IMG/VR virus record: IMGVR_UViG_3300033149_005336
Coordinates: 1 to 59,039 of that record
Length of the DNA: 59,039 nucleotides
Direction: 5' to 3' (one strand)
Source: a virus
Taxonomy: Duplodnaviria > Caudoviricetes
Within the stretch, counting starts at the first letter, position 1; the number at the start of each line of letters is the position of its first letter. A program made the translations under genes and the position numbers. A model generated the notes under the pieces. It was not told where the DNA came from and did not search any database. It saw nothing but the letters and a program-made list of their open reading frames with translations. This document shows, piece by piece, positions 15,701 through 24,700 of the stretch.

Positions 15701-18700
15701 GTCGAGTATCTCAACCAGCGGTTTACCGATCTTTTTGTCGCGGTAAACCGTCCCCCGCAATTTCATCTCCACCGCGCCGGTTTTACCGAAGGACTCTTGG
15801 AGCGCCCGGAGCGTTTCCAGCTTCCTATGGAGCAAGTTCGCCTCCCGCCGCGCCGCGGCTGCCCGCTGCTGGAAGACGAAGACGGCGGACCGATGAGCCA
15901 TATCCTGGCCGCGCAGGTCGTTCAATTCGGATTCCAGGCGGACGACTTCCAGAATCTTGGGGTTCTCGGCCGCCAATGCCTTCACTTCAGCATAGCTCAA
16001 GACCAGATCGTCCACGTCACTGATGCGGCGCTGACCGGCATTGCCGGTGCGGAATTGCTGGATGAACTTCGCTTTGTTCTCCAGCGTCTGCCACATATAG
16101 GTGTCGAAGGTGCCCTTGGTGACGTAGCGGAGGATTCGCACTTTTTTGTTGCTGTTGCCATGGCGCAGAATGCGGCCGTCACGCTGCTCAATGTCGCTGG
16201 GCCGCCAAGGGGGGCTGAGATGGTGAGCGGCGTACAATCGCTCTTGGATATTCGCCCCCTCGCCCATTTTCGCCGTGCTGGCCAGCAAAACACGGACTTG
16301 ACCCTCCCGGGCCTTGCGGAACAAGTTTCCGGTGTCTTTCTCCGTCTTGGCGTCGTGGATGAAGGCGATCTGGTCGGTCGGGACGCCGCGCTTGATAAGT
16401 TTCTGCTTGATGTCGTCGTACAGGTTGAACCCCTTGCCCGGCGCGGACAGGTCCAACCAGACGACCTGCAAGGATTTCTCCTTGGCCGTCTGTTTCCAAA
16501 TATCGTACACGTTTTCGACGCACCGGTTCACCTTGCTGTCCGGGTCGTCGGCGGCGTGCGGGTCGATCAGGCGGAAGTCCAGTGCCGCCTTGCGGCCGTC
16601 CGTAGTGATATTCAGCATGTTGTCGATCTGCGGATCGACGGCGCCGCGGCGCACCTTCTCTGCCCGGTTTTCCAGCTCATCGATATAGGCAGCGACGGCC
16701 CGACTGCGAGGAGAAGTCACCACCTCATGCTTGCCGCCTTCTAGTTGGGGTATTTCCAAAGCGACTTGCTCTTGGGTGACCGTATCGCCGACCATCCCGT
16801 ACATGCGGGCCATCTCCGGGATGTTGTTGAAGCTGATAAAGCGGGAGTGCATCCGATAGCCCTTGCCGGTCGGCTTGGCCTCCGCTTGGGTGACGATCTC
16901 GCCGAAGGTCGCCGCCCAGTCGTCGAAGTGGCTCAGCCCGTATTGCTCCAGCACGTCCGGCTGCAAGTACCGCTGGATCGTGTACAGTTCCGTGATACTA
17001 TTGGAGATGGGCGTGCCGGTGGCGAAGACCACCGCCTTGTTGCCCGAATGGCGATTCAGGTAGCTGACCTTCATGTACATATCGAAGGATCGCTGGGTCA
17101 ACTGGGAGGCGATCCCCGGCACGTTGTGCATGCGCGTGCGGAAGTACAGGTTCTTGTAATGGTGGGCCTCGTCCACGAACAGGGCGTCGATCCCCAGTTC
17201 GTCGAAGTACGGTCCGGCGTCTTTCTTGTAGCCGGCCATGATCCTGTCGAGCAAAGCTTGCAACTGTTTCTTGGCGCGCTCTAGCTGCTTGACGGTCTGG
17301 CGGTTGCCCTTGTCCTGTCGGGCGGCCAGCAATTCGTCTTCCAACTCGTCTATCTGCCGTTCATAAAATTCCTGGACCACTCCGGGCGACATGGGTATCC
17401 GCTCGAAACTACTCATGGGCACGATGATCAGGTCCCAATCGCCGGTGGCGATACGGTTCATCAGCACACTGCGCCGCTGCGGCGAGAAATCCTTCTTGCC
17501 GGGCGCCAACACCTTGGCGTGAGGATAAAAGCGCAAGACTTCCCGCATATGGGAGTCGATCAGGTGGTTGGGAGCGACCAGGACGGGCTTGTTGGCAATA
17601 CCCAACCTGCGCATCTCCATAGCGCTAGCCGCCATGATCAAAGTTTTTCCGCTGCCGACGACGTGATCCAGCAATGTATTACCGGAGGTCAAAATCCGCC
17701 AGATGGCATTCTTCTGATGCGGCCGCGGGGTAATAGATGAGGTTAAACCCGGTAGCCGCAGGTGACTACCGTCGTATTTACGGGGGGTGATACGATTTAA
17801 CTGACGGTTGTATTCTCGTTCCAAGCGTTCCCGGCGAGACGGCTCCGCCCAAACCCAACGGGCGAACTCGCGCCGCAAGGCGGCCACTTTGGCGCGGGCC
17901 GCTGCCGTCTCCGAGCGGTTCAATATCTTGTTCCCCTCGGCGTCCGTATCATGAACCACCAGCTTTTTGTGGTTGATGGCGGCGTCAAAAACATCTATCA
18001 CGGAAACGCGGGCCGTGGACCATTCGGCCTTGCCGCCCGACGGCCGCGTCATCCAGTCCGGTACGTTTAGCACCCAGGAACCGCTAGCCGATACATGCTT
18101 GATCCTGATATTGCTCAGGCCGAGGACGTCACGAACGAACTGATCGTATACGTCCTCCGGAACCCAAGGCGCCCCCAACTTGACGTCAATGTCGGCCGCC
18201 TGGACGGGCTCGGGCTGGACCTTCTCCAAGACGGCCACGTTCTTAGCGAAGTCCTTGTCCAACTCGGCGGCGGCCCTGGCTATCTCCAACTTGCTCACCA
18301 CGTCGCCGGAGAGATATTCGTCCGCTGGCTCCCAATCACCTTCTGGGTTCTTGTAAATACGGCCTTCCAATTCCCGGACCAACTCCTCTTTATCACGTCC
18401 AGAAATCTCGGCCATGTAGTCCAGGTCCACCCGGCCCCGCTCGCTCAAGCTGGCCGCCAGGGCGTCATCGGGCGTCTCTGCGTGGCTCACGGTGCTAAGA
18501 GGCCGTTGGGTCCGCCGGTGGAAAATGGCCGCCTTTTTGGCCGTCTTGGTATCGGGATCGTAATGTTCCAGAGAAAGCAACAGGGGCCAGTCCGGATCTT
18601 CCTGCATCAAGCGGGTGTTCGCCGGCACCGAGAGCGGGCCGATGGCGGCTACCGCCGCGTCATATACCCGGTTCAGTTCCCGCCGGGCCGCCTCGACGGT

Positions 18701-21700
18701 TTCGTCCGTCGCTTCTGGGTCCAGTTGCCGGTGAATCAGCTTGCGAGCGGCGTCCCGCACCGCCAGCAGATGGCGGTAACGCTTCAGGTCGGCCTTCCTG
18801 ACCGGTTGTTCCGTCAGTTGCCCGTTACGGTTCTGGTAGAGTTTGCCGCCCTCAATGGTGTAGGCATACTCCTTGAGATGGTCGGGCGCCGGCGCGACGG
18901 CCTGCGGCTCGTTGCGCCGCTCGGTTTCCACACGGATGCGGTCAATGGCCGCCGGCGGCCGGTCGGCGGCCATGACTTCGGTGACGGCCGCACCTAGATC
19001 AACGCCCTCGTTGGGTTCGACGGTGTACTCCCGACCGCCGTACATGCTACCTGTCGTGGCGTGCTTGCCCAGGACGTGATCGGGGTGGGCCAGTAAGTAT
19101 CTGTTTATGCGAACCCCCAAATCGCCCAGGGTGCCGACCTGCGACCAAGGCGGCGATTCCGTTTTCGCGCCCGCTTGCCGCTTCTGGAAAACGAGAATAT
19201 CCGTGACGACTTCCGTACCGGCGTTTTTCAAGAAGGCGGTTTTCGGCAAGCGTACCGCCGTCACCAGGTCGGCCCGATCGGCCATGTAACGCCGCCAAGC
19301 GGGATTGATCTTGTCCAGCGAGTAATGACTGGTGATGAATACCACCAGGCCGCCCGGCCGGGTCTTCTCGATGGCCTTGGCGAAGAAGAAATCGTGGATG
19401 GTGAAGTTGAGCTTCGGCCGCTCGGGATCGAAGACGCGGTATTTGCCGAAGGGTACGTTGGAAATGAACAGGTCGAAGTAATTGTCCGGCAAGCGCACCT
19501 TCTCGAAGGCGCCTTGGCGAATATCGGCCGTCTGGTAAAGCTGACTGGCGATCCGGGCACTGATACTGTCCAGTTCAATGCCGTGCAGGTGGCTGCGGGA
19601 ATAAATCTCATCGGGCATCAAGCCGAAGAAATGCCCGATCCCCGCCGCCGGCTCACAGATACGCCCCCCGGTAAAGCCCCATTGTTGCAGGACGTTCCAA
19701 ATGGCCCTGATGATTTCCGGGCTGGTATAATGGGCGTTCAGGGTCGATCCGGCGGCCGCTTCATATTCCTCGTCGGTCAGCAGTTCGCGCAACTCCTGGC
19801 GCTCCGCCTGCCACTGACGGTTATAGCTGTCGAAGACCGCCGAGAGGTTCCCCCAACCTACGTAACGAACCAGAACCGCCTGTTCCTCCGGTGTGGCGAG
19901 GCGATTTTCCGCCTCCAGCTTCTTGAGCAGGCGGATGGCTTGCAGATTATTCCGAAAGCGGGTCTTATCGGAGCCGACACCGATAGAATCGGACTCGGTA
20001 ATGCGATAGTCGTGCTTATTACTACGCTGCGACTTTCGCCGGAGGCTGCCAACTACCTCCGGCCGCCGATGTCCGGCAGGTAGATGTACTCCCTCAGGGC
20101 GAACTCCCTCGCCGCCTCCACGTCCTGCCCGGTATCGATCGCGCGCTGGATGAGTCGCTCGGCCGACCGGCCGGCCTCCTCCAGGGCCTCGTACAGTTCG
20201 CCGCTCTTCTTCAACTCCCGCCAGAGGCGCGGCCGGTGTTTCCGCCACTGTTCGGCCGCCAGGCGGCTCAGACCGGTCAGGTCGTCCAGGCTCCGGCTCT
20301 CCTTGACTGGCTCGTTGCTCATAGGGCTGCTCCCGTTCAATGACGTGCTCCTCTAGTAATATATCCTCCGAAGAAGGCTTTGTCAAACCGCTCGGCCCGG
20401 CCTGGGCCGTTTCCCCGCCAAGTATCCGATAGAACATCTTCTCGACGTTCTCGGGAATCTCGATCTTCAGGGGCGAGTTTTTCAGTCCCCGATAGATGGC
20501 CTTGAGCCATGCGGCCAGCTTGGCAAAAACGGCCCGCAGTTTACTCGGCACCATGCGGGCGTCGGCCAAGTATCTCTCCCACGCCTTGGCGACCTTCTCC
20601 TCGGCCTCGACCGTCCAGTTGCCGTTGCGTACCCCGGCGTAATCCTCCAGGACCGCCAGGTCCTCCGCCGGCAGGTGCCGCCGCATCACGTGGAAGGTCT
20701 CGTGCAGCAGGGTGGAAAAATCGCTTCGCTGGAAGGCATGAATGATGGCCCGGCCGTCTTGGGTGAAGCGAACCGCCCCGCGCTGTCCCTGGTGCAACAG
20801 GTGGGCGGTGGCCGGGTCGTAACTGCCTTGGTTGAAGACGCTCTTGATCTGTTCCGGTCGGAAGGCGATAAAGACCGTATGTCGTGGCCCGCCGGTGACT
20901 CTCCCGCCCTCGTAAGCGATTCCGTCGTAGCCGAGGGTCTCCAGGCCGCCCCGCAGGGCCTCCCCGGCGGTCGGGTCCAATTCCGAACGGCGGGCGGCGT
21001 TCAACTGGAACTGCAACTCGCGGTAGATGGTATCATAGGTGACATTCACCTGCCCAGCGTAGTCGCTTTCCAGCTCTTCGCGCGTATCCCGGAAGGCTTC
21101 CGCGACCGCCCGCAGGTAGCCTTCCCGGCGCTCGTTACGGTCGGCCAGGAGGGAATCCTCCCGCGCGTAGGTGCCGATCGCCCTTTCCAGGTCGGTCAAA
21201 AAGCGCACGGCCTGATCCTTCGGCACCGGCCGCCGCATGTCCAAGGGGTTTTTGATACTCAGATAGACGGGAATCACCCCCCCGCCGCTGATGACGCCTT
21301 CCCGCTCCAGGATGCGCACGACGGGGATATTATACGGCTGCTCGGCCAGCAACAGCAGGGCATTGTAATTGCCAGTCCGCTCGAACTCATTGAGGAACCG
21401 TACCACCTGCGCCCGCTCGGCCTCCGAGAGGTAAGCTTGCGGGCCGGCGGCCATGGTCTGGCGGTACTCGTCGGAGTTGTATATGGCGTTGACCGCCGCG
21501 GTCCGCTGGGCCGGGTCGAGTCCGGTGATCTTATGGATATAGCCCGGCCGCCGCAAGCGTGCCCTTCGCACCTGGGCGACCCACTTGCCTTGCAACGGCC
21601 CTTCGGTGGTCACCTGCCAGACGAAACCGACCCGCCCCGGCTGCCGCTCCGCCGCCTGGCGACTGTCGTGATAGGTCCACTCGGCATAATATTCGTAGTC

Positions 21701-24700
21701 GCCGCCGGCGATTACCGGATCGTCGGTGAAATAAAAGCCCGGCCCGTAAAGGGCGTCGGAATCCTGCCGTTGCGGATCGAACATGGCGAAATCGGGCCGG
21801 GCCGTGCCGTGGTACATCACCTTGGCCTTACCGGCGCCATCGACGACCTTCGAGCCGCCGAACCAGGCGTCGAAGGCGGGCACGCCCGGCTGCCAGAGAA
21901 TCCCCGGCTCGGTCTCACTGACGGCCGCGTCGGTCAGACCGGCGATATACCGGCTGACCCATTCGTCGGCGGTCATGCCCAGGTATTCGGCGTGGGCTTG
22001 GAGGATTTGCCGATAGGCGTCCAGTTGCTCGGCGGTGACGGCGGGCAGGTGCCGGCGTATCTGTTCCAGCAGGCCCTCGAGGGTCAGCGGCGGCCGACCG
22101 GTCTTGTTGGCGCCGGTGCGGAAATCGGCCCCCTGGCGTTTTTTCACTCCCAAGACCTCGGCGGCCAGGTCGGCCATCTCCGGCGTTTCCCCGGCGAACA
22201 GTCCGCTGCTCGCCGACAAATCCCGCAGCAGGCGGGTAAGCTTGTTGCGGAAGATACGGGGCTTACCGCCGTCGGCCAGGAGGAAATCGATCATCATCCG
22301 CCCGGCCGGAGAAAGCTGGTCGACCTTTTCACCCTCATCGCCGAACAACGCCCCTTGTCCGAGAATCATATCCGTTTGCCCGGGCGTGGTCGCCTCCGGA
22401 TGACGGCCCAGGAAGGCCAAAGCCTCGGCCAAGGGGGCCGTCAGGTCCATGTCCGGGTATTGCCGCCGCATGAGCAGCAGTTGCGGGATCGCCCCTTCCA
22501 GCGTGCGCACCAATTGCTTGCGCGCTGCTTGCAGGTTCTCGATGGTCTCTACGGGCAGAATCTTGGCCAACAACATGTTGCGGACCAGTTCCTTGCCCGC
22601 ATCGGTAAGCTGATCGTTGGGGGCGAAATAGAGCGACACTTGAGACGGCGGCAGCGCCTGCCGCAGCGCCCGCCGGAAAGCGGCCCCGGCCGAACCGTTC
22701 AGGGCCTCGCTGAGGGTCATATCCTCACTCAACGGCAACTCGGCCAGCAGATCGGTCGTCAGCAGGTCGGCCAGCGCCGCCGCCGTGCGGGCCGCCGCCT
22801 GGGCTTGGGTGGTGGTGATATTCCCGGCCCGGGCGAAGCGGGCCGCTTCGTCGCTGTCGGCCCTCATGGTCACGACGCGAACCAGCACCGGGCTGCGAAA
22901 TCGCTCCAGGTCCGACGGACGCAAGCCGTACTCGGCGGCGTGCTGCTTGAGGTAGCCGACGTACCAGTCCAGCCCGCCGTGGTTGTCGGCATATTGCAGG
23001 CTCATCGCCCGGCCGTTGCCGTTGATGACAATCCCGTTGCCGTCCACCACCGGCGGGCCGTTGTCAGGGCCGGGATGGGTGGAGATGTAGTAGCCGGGCT
23101 TTTTCTCCAAGGCGAAGCGGACGACCTTATGAGCTTCGTCGGAGCCCGGCTCATAGGCCCGCGGCTGGAGCGAGGCGGGATAGCCGCGCGGGGTGTTCGG
23201 CACCGGCCGGCCGCTGCGGAAATCGTGGCTGGGCAACAGGTCGTCGGCCTCCATAACGGCGTACCGAGCCTTGATGGGCTTATCGATCCCGACGGCGTGG
23301 ATTTCCGTCTCCGCCGCAGGCAGGACCGGCCCGGTGATCTCATGCTTGACGACCGGCGGTTCTTGTGGTATCCTTTCCGGTATGGACAAGGAACCCTTAT
23401 ATTTCCTGCTGGCCGACGACAAGACGGTGGTGCGATCGGACAATGGGGTACTTTCTGTCTGGGACGGTGATTCTTGGCGGCCACCCAATGAGGGCGAAAT
23501 CATTGTTGATGATTTGTTGGCCTCCAAGTTTCTGACCACAGAAGCTGCCGAAGAAATAATCTCCGGCGGCACATTGGCCCAGTAAGTATCCCAACGGGAT
23601 CGCACGTTCTTCGCATCATTGTCATACTCTCGTTGTTGCTCAGGCGTCATCTCCGTCAATCTTACATTCCGCCATTTGCGGTAGATGGCGTCGGAGGCGT
23701 CTTTCTTGATCTTCCAGCTTTCGGCGGTATGTAGCTGGATTTCCCCCTTGATCCTATCGCCCAGGTCGATTGCCAGGTGGATGCCGCGGTAGCCGAACGG
23801 CTCGCGGATACGCTCCAAGGTCTGCGTGACGTAGGCGCCCTTGGCGGCGAGTTTCTCTATGGCCGCCGGGGCATCGGACCAGTCCCGCAGGATGATGGCC
23901 CCGCGGGCATGGTCGTCCATGCTGAAGACGTTGTAATCAGGCCGTCGGCGGCGATAGCGCTGGACCTTCTCAACGATGCTCTTGACGCTCTTGGGGGTGC
24001 CCTTCCACGTCGCCCCCAGCTCCTCGGCGACGGCTTGGCCGATGGCGTTCAACTCGGCCTGCTTTTTCTCCACGACCAGCCGATGGACCTGCTCGGCCTG
24101 AGCCTGCAAATCACCTTCGGCCAATTCCCCTTTCGCCTGCCCTTTTTCTCCGGCGGCTTGCTCCGCAACTTCTCGTCGTTGCTCAGCTTGTATGTCCTCC
24201 GCCTTCGACTCAATTCCCCCTTTCTCTCCCCCTTCGGCTCCCTCTTGGCCTGGCTTTCTGCCGTGCCGGCGGACGAACTCTCGGGCCGGTTCTTCCGCGT
24301 TGAAAACGAATCCCTTGGCGAATTTCGAGTAGTATCCTCCGGCCTGCTCGGCCCCGTCCCGGAGGGCCTCGTAGGTGGTCCGATCCACCCGGTCGGCGAT
24401 CTTGACGACCCAGATGTCTTGCTGTTTCTTCTTGTGGTAGCTCTTGGTGACGGTCAGGTTGGCCCGAACGTGCGGCGGTTCCGGCAGGGCCTTCAGGGCC
24501 GCCTCCGAATCGTCTTGGCTGAGCCATTCCGGCAGGTCCGTACCGGCGACGGCGTAGTACGTCTCGCCCGTGCGGTCCCAGGCACGTTCAACCAGGCCGT
24601 GTTTTTCCAGCCATGCCAAGTTGCGAGCGGTTTTTTCGCTCGCTTCCGAGTCGATCCGACCTTGAGCCGTTCGCGGTCGCAAGGAGCCGAAGCGCACCCA

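Noticed and set aside
20675-23470. 931-aa + strand ORF and other long antisense ORFs (14450-15469, 15659-16744, 23777-25735, 28739-30049, 37455-38534)
   Set aside because: Shadow frames of GC-rich genes on the opposite strand, with no motifs, RBS or promoter support.
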